Part shown: positions 25,269 to 33,260 of the stretch, piece after piece | Position numbering within the stretch: position 1 is the stretch's first letter | Layout: each line of letters opens with the position of its first letter | Assembly (NCBI GenBank): GCA_035504735.1 | Contig: DATJRJ010000129.1 | Span: forward strand, 4,771 to 68,770 | Origin: Candidatus Binataceae bacterium | Lineage (GTDB): Bacteria; Desulfobacterota; Binatia; Binatales; Binataceae | DNA: 64,000 nt | Direction of reading: 5' to 3' | Program-made: the position numbers and the translations under genes | Notes under the pieces: generated by a model | Seen by the model: the letters and a program-made list of their open reading frames with translations, nothing else | What the model was told of the DNA's origin: nothing | Databases searched by the model: none

Positions 25269-26315
25269 CTAATTATCGTAAATTGGCGCCATCCCGCGCG
25301 GCCGCGTCCGGAAGCGCCGGTGGATCCACAGGAACTGCTCAGGATACCGGCGCACCATCGCTTCCACGGCGGCAACGAAACGGCGGGTATTCTCCAGGAT
25401 ATCGGCGGCTTCGTCACCGGTAGTCTGCAGCGCGATTTCGGGCTGAATCTCGATGCGATGGCCGCGATGGTCGGGCTGCCGCACGATAAAGACCGGCACT
25501 ACCGGCGCGCCCGAGATTCGCGCCAGGCGCGCGAGGCCGCTGGCGGTGGCAGCCGGCTCGCCGAAGAAGGGTACGAACACCGCCTCGCTGCGTTTGGCGT
25601 TCTGATCGAAAGGGATGCCGACCATCTTGCCCTGCCTGAGTGTCCGCAGCACCGCGCGCGCCGCGGCATGCTTGCGGATTATCTCGACACCGGCGCGCTC
25701 GCGCACGAAAGTCATCAAAGCGTCGCCGGCCAGGAAGCGCTGGGTATGATGGACCAGGCTTATCTGGAAACCTTTGAGGGCATGGGCCGCGGGCAACAAT
25801 TCGAAGTTGCCGAAATGAGCGGTCAGGATCAGTATGCCGCGGCCCGGATATTTGGTTTTGATCCAATCCCAGTAATCGAAACGATCGTAGCTGACGCGCC
25901 TGGTGAAGCGACGATAAAAGAAACCACCGAGCCGGACGTACTCGGCGGCGCAGCGGCCTAGATTGACATAGGAGGTGCGCAGTATTCGCCGACGCTCGCG
26001 GTCGGTCTTTTCAGGAAAGGCGAGCGCCAGGTTCTTTTCTCCGATGCGGACGTGGCGCCGGTCGAGCCAATAGGCGGTCCATCCGCCGAACACGCCGAGC
26101 GGGTAAAGGATGAAATCCGGCAGCAGGCTCAGCAGGTGGATCAATGCCGCCATTGCCCAGAACACGATCCGATGCGTGATGCCGAGCCGCAGCTTGCCGC
26201 GCTCGCGGGCAGGCTTCTCGCGCGCAACCGGGATCGCCCGCGCGGCGCCGGCGGCCGGCGGATCGGTTACGGCGAGGGCGGACGGGTTGTCCTGGATAGT
26301 TGTCGACTCAGGCAC
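25269..26315 (-). CDS. lysophospholipid / lipid A biosynthesis acyltransferase (LpxL/HtrB family)
   Basis: 348 aa with one N-terminal TM and an H(x4)E-type motif (LLTAHFGNFELL) typical of HtrB-like late acyltransferases. Confidence 0.8.
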   Translation of the reverse strand: MPESTTIQDNPSALAVTDPPAAGAARAIPVAREKPARERGKLRLGITHRIVFWAMAALIHLLSLLPDFILYPLGVFGGWTAYWLDRRHVRIGEKNLALAFPEKTDRERRRILRTSYVNLGRCAAEYVRLGGFFYRRFTRRVSYDRFDYWDWIKTKYPGRGILILTAHFGNFELLPAAHALKGFQISLVHHTQRFLAGDALMTFVRERAGVEIIRKHAAARAVLRTLRQGKMVGIPFDQNAKRSEAVFVPFFGEPAATASGLARLARISGAPVVPVFIVRQPDHRGHRIEIQPEIALQTTGDEAADILENTRRFVAAVEAMVRRYPEQFLWIHRRFRTRPRGMAPIYDN

Positions 26316-26342
26316 TGTGGCAGGCGGCCGAAGCGGATCGGT

Positions 26343-27611
26343 TCAGAGCACCGGGCGCTCGCGTTTCGGGCCCTTGGGAATCACCACCAGGCCCGATTCG
26401 GTGACGAAGAAACGCTTGCGGTCGCGTTCCAGATCGTAGCCGATCTCGTCGCCTTCCGGAACGTAGACGTTCTTGTCGATAATTGCCCGCCGCACGCGCG
26501 CGTGGCGGCCGACTTCGGCATAGTCCATCAGGACCGAATCCTCGACCTGGCTGTAAGAGTGGATGAAGACCGAGCGACCGAGCACTGAGTTGCGCACCGT
26601 GCCGCCCGACACGATGCAGCCTTCGGAGACGATCGAATGCAACGCCTGGCCGCGCCGGCCGTTTTCATCGAAGACGAACTTTGCCGGCGGTTGGCCATAA
26701 TAGGAGGTGCGCAGCGGCCAATACGGATTGTAGAGGTTCAGATGCGGCCGCGCATCGCGCAGATCCATGTTGGCTTCATAGTAGGCTTCGAGCGTGCCGA
26801 CGTCGCGCCAGTAGCTCAGGTTGACCTCGGAATCGCCGCGAATCCGGTTGGTCATGAAGTTGTAGGCATAGACGGGAACTTCGTCGATCAGCTTGGGAAT
26901 CAGGTCACGGCCGAAGTCGTGCTGGCTGGTGTCGTTGTGCGCATCGTCGATCAGGGCCTCGTTCAACACACCCGGCGCGAAAATGTAGTTGCCCATCGAC
27001 GCCAGGCATCGATCGGCCCCCCCGGGCATCGGACGCGGATTGGCGGGCTTTTCCTCGAAGCCGCGCACCCGCAGGTCCGAGTCGGCCTCAAGCACGCCGA
27101 AGCTGCTGGCATCCTCGAGCGCGACCGGCAGCGTCGCGACGGTAACGGCGGCGCGATGCTCGAGATGGAAGTCGATCATCTGTTGTACGTCCATCCGGTA
27201 GATATGGTCGGCGCCGAAGACCGCGACCAGATCGGGCTTATTGTCCTCGATCAGGTTCAGATTCTGGAAAATGGCGTCGGCCGTGCCTAGGTACCAGGTC
27301 TCGCCCATCCGCATCTGGGCCGGCACCGGGGTGATGAAATGGTCGGACATCACGCTCCCGAACTGCCAGCCATCCTTGAGATGCTCGATTAGCGACTGCG
27401 AACGCCACTGCACCAGCACATAGATGGAGTAGATTCCCGAGTTCACCAGATTCGAGAGCACGAAATCGATCATCCGGTACTTGCCGCCGAACGGGACCGC
27501 CGGCTTGGCACGGTCGCGGGTCAGCGGATGGAGCCGGGTGCCCTGTCCTCCGGCCATCACCAGCCCCAGCGTTCTCATCCGAGGCCCGTAGTTAGTTCGA
27601 ATTTCGTTCAT
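26343..27611 (-). CDS. glgC: glucose-1-phosphate adenylyltransferase
   Basis: 422 aa with LVMAGGQGTRLHPLTRDRAKPAVPFGGKYRMIDFVLSN and a left-handed beta-helix C-terminus. Canonical GlgC. Confidence 0.95.
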   Translation of the reverse strand: MNEIRTNYGPRMRTLGLVMAGGQGTRLHPLTRDRAKPAVPFGGKYRMIDFVLSNLVNSGIYSIYVLVQWRSQSLIEHLKDGWQFGSVMSDHFITPVPAQMRMGETWYLGTADAIFQNLNLIEDNKPDLVAVFGADHIYRMDVQQMIDFHLEHRAAVTVATLPVALEDASSFGVLEADSDLRVRGFEEKPANPRPMPGGADRCLASMGNYIFAPGVLNEALIDDAHNDTSQHDFGRDLIPKLIDEVPVYAYNFMTNRIRGDSEVNLSYWRDVGTLEAYYEANMDLRDARPHLNLYNPYWPLRTSYYGQPPAKFVFDENGRRGQALHSIVSEGCIVSGGTVRNSVLGRSVFIHSYSQVEDSVLMDYAEVGRHARVRRAIIDKNVYVPEGDEIGYDLERDRKRFFVTESGLVVIPKGPKRERPVL

Positions 27612-27927
27612 GACCGGAAATCGCTGGGCTAGTATAAGTGTGGTCCAAATTCCACGAAAGCCCGCCCCAGGTTAACCTCAAAGATTCACGAAAAAATTCG
27701 CAAAGCCTAAAGTCGTGGAAAAACTTCAGGCGCAAACTGCTATGAGATTCTTACACCTCGCCTGAGGAGTCCTGAAAAAGAGTCCGCTTTGCGGGTATTT
27801 CATACTTACCCGCAGAAAACGCAAACCCGGCATGGGCTTTGCGTGAAGCTTTGGACAGCGCGTTCGTCTAATCCTCTCGAATGCCATAAGGGACGAACCG
27901 AAAGTAAGGGAAAAAAAGGTGAGCATC

Positions 27928-28227
27928 ATGCAGACTATCGCACCCCGCCAAGAATCGAATACCACTTCCCAGGGAGTCGTGTACCGGACCACTTGTCAGA
28001 ACCCGGGATGCGGTTTCAAATTTGACCTGCGGATCACAGCCGAAAATGCCGGCCTGCTGGGCGGCACGATGCCGTGTCCTCGATGTCGCCGTCATGGCGG
28101 CATGCTGAAGCGCGAGGGACGTCTCGGCGATCGGCTGTTTGGAGCCAAACTGGTATTTCGTGCCGTCGGTATCAGTCATGGACCCAGCGATGAAGATGGA
28201 GAACTGTTTTCCGACCGCTTGAACTGA
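27928..28227 (+). CDS. small zinc-ribbon protein (CxxxxC...CxxC), unknown function
   Basis: MQTIAPRQESNTTSQGVVYRTTCQNPGCGFKF...MPCPRCRRHGG. An SD-like AAGGTGA lies 5-7 nt upstream of the ATG at 27928 (the track start is a GTG at 27919). A strong intrinsic terminator lies 70 nt downstream. Confidence 0.6.
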   Translation: MQTIAPRQESNTTSQGVVYRTTCQNPGCGFKFDLRITAENAGLLGGTMPCPRCRRHGGMLKREGRLGDRLFGAKLVFRAVGISHGPSDEDGELFSDRLN

Positions 28228-28297
28228 TTATCCGTATTCCTGGAAGCAGCCGGAACCGCCGCCTCCCAGCCACCGACCGGTTGCCTTCTGCCCGCGC

Positions 28298-28337
28298 GCG
28301 GACGCCGCTCGATTCATGGGCGGCGTCCGCCGTTTTT
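28298..28337 (+). terminator. Rho-independent terminator of the zinc-ribbon gene
   Basis: Perfect 11-bp GC-rich stem GCGGACGCCGC (28298-28308) / GCGGCGTCCGC (28320-28330), an 11-nt loop, then CGTTTTT (T-run 28333-28337). Confidence 0.7.
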
Positions 28338-28360
28338 GGCCGGATCTCGTCCGGGCAGGA

Positions 28361-28999
28361 CTAAACGCCAGCGCGCGGCTCGATCGTGAGTCCTTCGAGT
28401 CCCTGGATACTGGGCCGCTCCAGCATCCGCTTCAGCCAGGCGTCGACGTTACTGCGATTCGCGCCCGCATCGATCTCGAGTTCCTTCAGCAGCAGGAGGC
28501 GCGGCGCGAAGCTGATATCCGCAACCGAGAACTCCGTCGCCAGGTATTGTTGACCCTGCAGCTCGTGGTTCAGGTAGTCGAGCGCCCGCTCGATCATTTG
28601 GCGCAAGCGTGTGATTCGCCCGCCATCGCGCTCAGCCTCGCCCTTGTACATCTCGGCCATTAACTGGCCGACCTGCGGCGTGAACGAATTATCGGCGAAG
28701 TCCTCGAAAAGCCGCGCACGCCCTCTCAGCGCACTGGAACCGATCGCCGGCAACACCGGCGGCTCGGGATATTCATCCTCGAGATACTCCCCAATGATGG
28801 TCGAGTCGTAGACAATCGTATCCTCATCGACCAGCACCGGCACGCGCGCAAACGGATTGAGCCGCCGGAAATCGGGTTGGCGTTGCTCGCCCAGCGTCAG
28901 GTCGACGGGAATCAGCTCGAACTCGAGGCTCTTCTCGGCCAGCACGATTCTGACCTTTTGACCGAATGGACAAGGCAGGAAGTCGTAAAGTTTTATCAT
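28361..28999 (-). CDS. glutathione S-transferase family protein
   Basis: 212 aa. MIKLYDFLPCPFGQKVRIVLAEKSLEFELIPVDL...RVPVLVDEDTIVYDSTIIGEYLED matches a thioredoxin-like GST N-domain, followed by a helical C-domain. Confidence 0.85.
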   Translation of the reverse strand: MIKLYDFLPCPFGQKVRIVLAEKSLEFELIPVDLTLGEQRQPDFRRLNPFARVPVLVDEDTIVYDSTIIGEYLEDEYPEPPVLPAIGSSALRGRARLFEDFADNSFTPQVGQLMAEMYKGEAERDGGRITRLRQMIERALDYLNHELQGQQYLATEFSVADISFAPRLLLLKELEIDAGANRSNVDAWLKRMLERPSIQGLEGLTIEPRAGV

Positions 29000-29012
29000 C
29001 GAGAAGCCAGCC

Positions 29013-29462
29013 TCATTCAGCGCTAACGGTTAACTTGAGATTAGCCTCAACCTCAGGCTCCAGCCGGACTGTGACGGTATAATCGCCGAGCTGCTTGATC
29101 GGCTCGATCAGCAGGATCTTGCGCCGATCGACTTCGAATCCACGCTCACGCAACGCCCGCTCGAGATCAAGATTGGTGACTGAACCGAACAGCTTGCCCT
29201 CCTCGCCGGCGCGCGCCGTAACCACCAAAGTGAGCGCCTCGACCTGCTCCTTGTATTTGAGAGCGGCACCCTTCTTGGCTTCGCGGCGGACGAGCGCGAT
29301 ACGCTTTTGATTCTCGAACGCGCGCAGGTTGCGGGCGTCGGCCATCACGGCCAGTTGGCGCGGGAGCAGGAAATTACGCGCAAAACCCGCGCGGACCCGA
29401 ACCACATCGCCGGTGCGGCCGAGATTGGGTACGTCTTCGTTGAGTATCACTTGCAGATTCAT
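29013..29462 (-). CDS. rplI: 50S ribosomal protein L9
   Basis: MNLQVILNEDVPNLGRTGDVVRVRAGFARNFLLPRQLA is canonical L9. Confidence 0.95.
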   Translation of the reverse strand: MNLQVILNEDVPNLGRTGDVVRVRAGFARNFLLPRQLAVMADARNLRAFENQKRIALVRREAKKGAALKYKEQVEALTLVVTARAGEEGKLFGSVTNLDLERALRERGFEVDRRKILLIEPIKQLGDYTVTVRLEPEVEANLKLTVSAE

Positions 29463-29492
29463 CGCTCAGTCCTGCCTCATTAAGAATAGTCC

Positions 29493-30449
29493 TTAGAGAA
29501 AGTCGCCAAAACTGCCGGCCTCCGGGCTTTGCGGTTTGAGGCGGCGAAAGTCGATCCAGAGGTCGAAAATTCCGGCCGCGCAGACCAATGCCGCCAGCAC
29601 CGGCTGAATCCCGGTGACGAAATAGATCAGTCCGCGCGCCAACCCAGGCATCGACAGCATCTTGAAGTAAAATGCCATGATCGCCAGTCCCTGGCAGAAA
29701 TAGATCGACGCTACGCAAACGAAGCCGTCGAGCGCGATCGTGCTGATCGCCCTGACCGGAACGAACAGCGCGAAGCCGGTGGCGAGCAGCAGCCATATCA
29801 ACCACTCCGGCGCCGACCAGCGCGCCAGGTCGGCAAACAGCCGATAGCCGAGCCGGCCGCGATCCAGCCAGCGCCAGAAAACCGTCAGATTCACCAGCAC
29901 CGCGCAAGCTGCCGAGAGCGCCACCAGTGCGGGGCTCAGCCGGATAGTTATGTCGAGCACGCTCGCCTTGGCGTCCGCGGTGAGCGGGTTGTCCATCCCC
30001 AGCAGCCGGTAGAATTCCTCGCCGCGCGCCATCCCGGCGGACAGCGAATGGCGCAACGCATCGGCCAGCGCCCCCGGCGACCCGGCGAAGGCGAAGGCGC
30101 CGAAGGTGCCCGCGATTAACATCGCGGCGCTGGCGACCAGCACCACCAGCTCGAAGGGACGCCGATTCTCCAGCATATGGCAGATAATCACGCTGGCGAG
30201 TCCGAACGTGACCAGATAGGCGACACCCGCGGCCCATCCGACGGCCAGCGTGACGACCGCGCCGGCAATGGCCACCGACCCGATCGAACGAACCAGCCAG
30301 TTCTCGTGTCCGATCGCAAAGTCCATCACAGCCAGCGGAGCGAATAACATCGCCAAAGCGCCCGCGACCGGAACCATGCACCCGGCGATAAATAACGCCG
30401 CAGTGATAAGCGCCGCCCGGGTCAAACCGATGACCGTCCTGAACGTCAT
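29493..30449 (-). CDS. DUF2232 (YybS-like) integral membrane protein
   Basis: 318-aa polytopic membrane protein between rpsR and rplI, the position occupied by yybS in Bacillus-type operons. Family call rests on architecture and synteny. Confidence 0.7.
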   Translation of the reverse strand: MTFRTVIGLTRAALITAALFIAGCMVPVAGALAMLFAPLAVMDFAIGHENWLVRSIGSVAIAGAVVTLAVGWAAGVAYLVTFGLASVIICHMLENRRPFELVVLVASAAMLIAGTFGAFAFAGSPGALADALRHSLSAGMARGEEFYRLLGMDNPLTADAKASVLDITIRLSPALVALSAACAVLVNLTVFWRWLDRGRLGYRLFADLARWSAPEWLIWLLLATGFALFVPVRAISTIALDGFVCVASIYFCQGLAIMAFYFKMLSMPGLARGLIYFVTGIQPVLAALVCAAGIFDLWIDFRRLKPQSPEAGSFGDFL

Positions 30450-30458
30450 GGCTGCCGA

Positions 30459-30803
30459 TCAAACACCCAGGGTCGAGAACGGTAGCAACGCCAAGACGCG
30501 CGCCCGCTTGATCGCGATTGCGAGGCTCCGCTGATGGCGCGCGCAGTTACCCGAGGTGCGGCTCGGCACGATCTTGCCACCCTCGGTGATGAAGCTTTGC
30601 AAGGTCCGCACATCCTTATAGTCGACTTTCAGCGTCTTATCGGCGCAGAATCGGCATACTTTGCGCCGGCCACCCGTACGCCGACGTCCACGGTCTCGCC
30701 CCTCCATCTGGAGGTCGCCGTCACCGCCGCGTGGGCCCGGACGTCCCGAGCGCTCGAAGCGCGGCCGCTCGGCGGTGGTTTCAGTCCTTTCTTCCTCTGC
30801 CAT
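30459..30803 (-). CDS. rpsR: 30S ribosomal protein S18 (with ~35-aa Arg/Gly/Glu-rich N-terminal extension)
   Basis: The C-terminal 75 aa are canonical S18 ([62 protein letters not shown]). Confidence 0.95.
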   Translation of the reverse strand: MAEEERTETTAERPRFERSGRPGPRGGDGDLQMEGRDRGRRRTGGRRKVCRFCADKTLKVDYKDVRTLQSFITEGGKIVPSRTSGNCARHQRSLAIAIKRARVLALLPFSTLGV

Positions 30804-30841
30804 CTGTACACCCTATCGTCATATTCAATCGGTCGTTCGGG

Positions 30842-31153
30842 CTAATCGAGCAGCTTGACCGAATCAGCCATCACTTCGATTCCCGGCTTTCCGAATTCCG
30901 CCTTGCCACGCATCACTCTGAGTTGGCCGGCGACGCGAACCTCACGGCCGGGCTTGAGACACTGGGCCAGCTCCCGGGCGCTCTCGCCGGTCATCACGAC
31001 CGTTAGAACCAGCTCGTCGCCATCCACTCCGCAGGCCACCGCGAGACGCAAAACCGCAGTTCCCGTCGGTGTGCTGCGAAGCTCTGCAGGCCTTGCTATC
31101 CGGCCCCATAGCTCAGTGCGATTGCCCGTCACTTTCCGGTGCGGGGGGTTCAT
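30842..31153 (-). CDS. priB: primosomal replication protein N (PriB)-like OB-fold protein
   Basis: 103 aa with no acidic SSB tail. It aligns by eye with E. coli PriB (NRTELWGRIARPAELRSTPTGTAVLRLAV vs [29 protein letters not shown]; ...VMADSVKLLD vs LHAEQIELID). It sits between rpsF and rpsR. Start is ATG 31153 or GTG 31132, and either overlaps the rpsF 3' end. Confidence 0.7.
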   Translation of the reverse strand: MNPPHRKVTGNRTELWGRIARPAELRSTPTGTAVLRLAVACGVDGDELVLTVVMTGESARELAQCLKPGREVRVAGQLRVMRGKAEFGKPGIEVMADSVKLLD

Positions 31154-31616
31154 CCGGAGCCGCCTCGACCCCGGTTATCTCTTCCGGAGCATCGGGCACC
31201 GCCTCGGCCTCTGGACGCGCCGGAGTTTCACCCCGAGCCTCGGCCGCGCGCGCCTCGGCAGCGGCCTTATGCTGCGCAATCCGGCTGCGATTCGCCTCGA
31301 CTTCGGCGTGGGCTTTAGCCGCGTCGGTGTCGGCGTCGACCAGCACCGACAAGTAGCGCAGGACATTGTCGGCCAGTTTCAAGTTACGCTCGACCTCGTG
31401 GGTCGCGGCTTCCGGGGCGACATAATCGAGCCGGACATAATAACCCCGCCGTTCACCCTTGATTCGATAGGCGAGCTCGCGCCCGCCCCATTCGTCGGTG
31501 TCGATTAGCTCGCCGCCATTGCTGCCGACGACACCCTCGAAGCGCTTGATGGTCTCTTTGGTCTGAGTTTCGCCCAAATCCGGGCGCAGAATGAATATGG
31601 TTTCGTAGCGACGCAC
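31113..31616 (-). CDS. rpsF: 30S ribosomal protein S6 (with long Ala/Glu/Pro-rich C-terminal tail)
   Basis: The GTG at 31616 is preceded by AAGGAGG. VRRYETIFILRPDLGETQTKETIKRFEGVV...WGGRELAYRIKG is canonical S6. The track ORF start (31682) is upstream of the RBS and rejected. Confidence 0.95.
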   Translation of the reverse strand: MRRYETIFILRPDLGETQTKETIKRFEGVVGSNGGELIDTDEWGGRELAYRIKGERRGYYVRLDYVAPEAATHEVERNLKLADNVLRYLSVLVDADTDAAKAHAEVEANRSRIAQHKAAAEARAAEARGETPARPEAEAVPDAPEEITGVEAAPDEPPAPESDGQSH

Positions 31617-31622
31617 AGCGTC

Positions 31623-31662
31623 CTCCTTGTGGATTAAGCCCCCACGCGGCGGGAGCAAGGAG
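31623..31662 (-). promoter_or_regulatory. rpsF 5' leader hairpin sequestering the Shine-Dalgarno (candidate S6:S18 autoregulatory leader)
   Basis: On the minus-strand RNA, CUCCUUG (31662-31656) pairs with CAAGGAG (31629-31623, the SD). This encloses an inner CUCCC...GGGGG hairpin. The architecture resembles the described rpsF leader motif. No covariance model was run. Confidence 0.4.
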
Positions 31663-31824
31663 CAAACACCATAAACTAACACCTGCGCCGGTCGGCGCTC
31701 AAGGCAATCGGTCAGGGAAAACGCGCTATCCGGGCCATCTCCGATGACTTTCGACCTGACGGCCGGTTAGCGTTCGCATTCTGACAATGTTAGAGGGTCT
31801 GCTATCCGCTTTGGCGAGGGACCT

Positions 31825-32766
31825 ATGAAACTGGTGCTGTTTGAAAGCGAATCGATAGGGCGGCGTCCCGGCGTGCTTTTGACGGCCGGCGATAAGGAAT
31901 TCGTGCTCGACCTGGTGTCGGCGTTTGCTGCCGAAGGGATGCCGCCGCCGGCCTCGCTGGTCGAGGTGCTGGGGGCCGACGCGATGCTGGCCGTCGCCAG
32001 AATTGTCGAGCAGGCGCGCAATGATTGGGGCAGCGCAGCAGTCCGGAAATGTCTGATACCGGCGGCGCGTGCGCGCCTGATGGCGCCGGTGCCGGAGCGT
32101 CCCTTCGTCATATGCACGGGCGCCAATTACGGCTCCCATCTGCTCGAGATGAACGCGACCAGCCAGCCTCAACGTCCGTTCGCCTTCGTTAAATCTCCAC
32201 ATGCGGTGATCGGGCCCGGGATGCCGATCAAGCTGCCTGAGCTCTTGCCGAATATGGTCGATTTCGAGGGCGAGCTGTGCGTGGTCTTCGGACGGCGATG
32301 CCGCAACGTCGCCGCCGCCGATGCGATGAACTATGTCGCCGGCTATACCATCCTGAACGACGTCTCGGCGCGCGATGGCCTGGCCGGAATCCGAGTCCCG
32401 GGGACCGAGCCGGTGGTGACGGTCGGTATCATGCTTATGGGCAAGCATTTCCCGACGTTCTGTCCGCTCGGCCCGGTGGTAGCGACCCCGGATGAGATAC
32501 CCGATTGGCGCCGGATGCATATCGTCACGACCCTCAACGGCACCGTGATGCAGGACGGCTATACCGACGATCTGATCTTTGGGATTCCGGCGCTAATCGA
32601 GGAGTTCTCGCACGTCTACACCTTCGAGCCGGGGGATGTGATGAGCACCGGCTCGCCGCCGGGCGTCGGGATGGGACGCAAACCGCCGGTCTTCATGAAA
32701 CCGGGTGATGAAGTGGCGATTACGGTTGAGGGAATCGGCACGTTGCGCAACCCCATCACGGCCTGA
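31825..32766 (+). CDS. fumarylacetoacetate hydrolase (FAH) family protein
   Basis: 313 aa. The FEGELCVVFGRRCRNVAAADAMNYVAGYTILNDVSARD and C-terminal PGDVMSTGSPPGVG motifs are typical of the FAH fold. Confidence 0.85.
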   Translation: MKLVLFESESIGRRPGVLLTAGDKEFVLDLVSAFAAEGMPPPASLVEVLGADAMLAVARIVEQARNDWGSAAVRKCLIPAARARLMAPVPERPFVICTGANYGSHLLEMNATSQPQRPFAFVKSPHAVIGPGMPIKLPELLPNMVDFEGELCVVFGRRCRNVAAADAMNYVAGYTILNDVSARDGLAGIRVPGTEPVVTVGIMLMGKHFPTFCPLGPVVATPDEIPDWRRMHIVTTLNGTVMQDGYTDDLIFGIPALIEEFSHVYTFEPGDVMSTGSPPGVGMGRKPPVFMKPGDEVAITVEGIGTLRNPITA

Positions 32767-32811
32767 GCTCGCTGATTCCCTGAACGGCCGAGGGGAAAAG
32801 ACGATCGAATC

Positions 32812-33222
32812 GTGAAGCAGCCGGAAAACGATCAGGCGGGCAATCGGGAACTGCCGCGGATGCCGTTTGCGGAAACGCTCGGAATCCGTTACCTCAGCAC
32901 AGCGCGCGATCGCATAGTCGCCGAGATGGAGGTGCGGGATACGCTCTGCACGCTGCCGGCGGTATTGCATGGCGGGGCGATGATGGCGTTTGCTGACACG
33001 CTCGGCGCCTACGCCACCCTGCTCAATCTTGAGACGGGCAAGAGCACCACGACCATCGAATCGAAGACCAACTTCTTCGCGCCCGCGCCGGCCGGCACCA
33101 AGGTCATCGGCGAATGCCTGCCGCTCCATCGCGGCCGCCGCACGATGGTATGGCAGACCCGCGTCACCTCCCCGGAGGGCCGGCTGCTTGCAATGATCAC
33201 GCAGACCCAGATGGTCCTCTAG
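32812..33222 (+). CDS. PaaI-family hotdog-fold thioesterase
   Basis: MPFAETLGIRYL...LHGGAMMAFADTLGAYA...ESKTNFFAPA...RRTMVWQTRV is the PaaI / 4HBT class II signature. Start is GTG 32812 or the ATG at M17. Confidence 0.85.
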   Translation: MKQPENDQAGNRELPRMPFAETLGIRYLSTARDRIVAEMEVRDTLCTLPAVLHGGAMMAFADTLGAYATLLNLETGKSTTTIESKTNFFAPAPAGTKVIGECLPLHRGRRTMVWQTRVTSPEGRLLAMITQTQMVL

Positions 33223-33260
33223 CAGGGCCGCGAGTTGTCAACCGCGCGGGCGTAGTTTCG

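Noticed and set aside
28316-28663. 115-aa plus-strand ORF starting inside the terminator hairpin
   Set aside because: It begins within the terminator loop, runs antisense to the well-supported GST gene and has no RBS.
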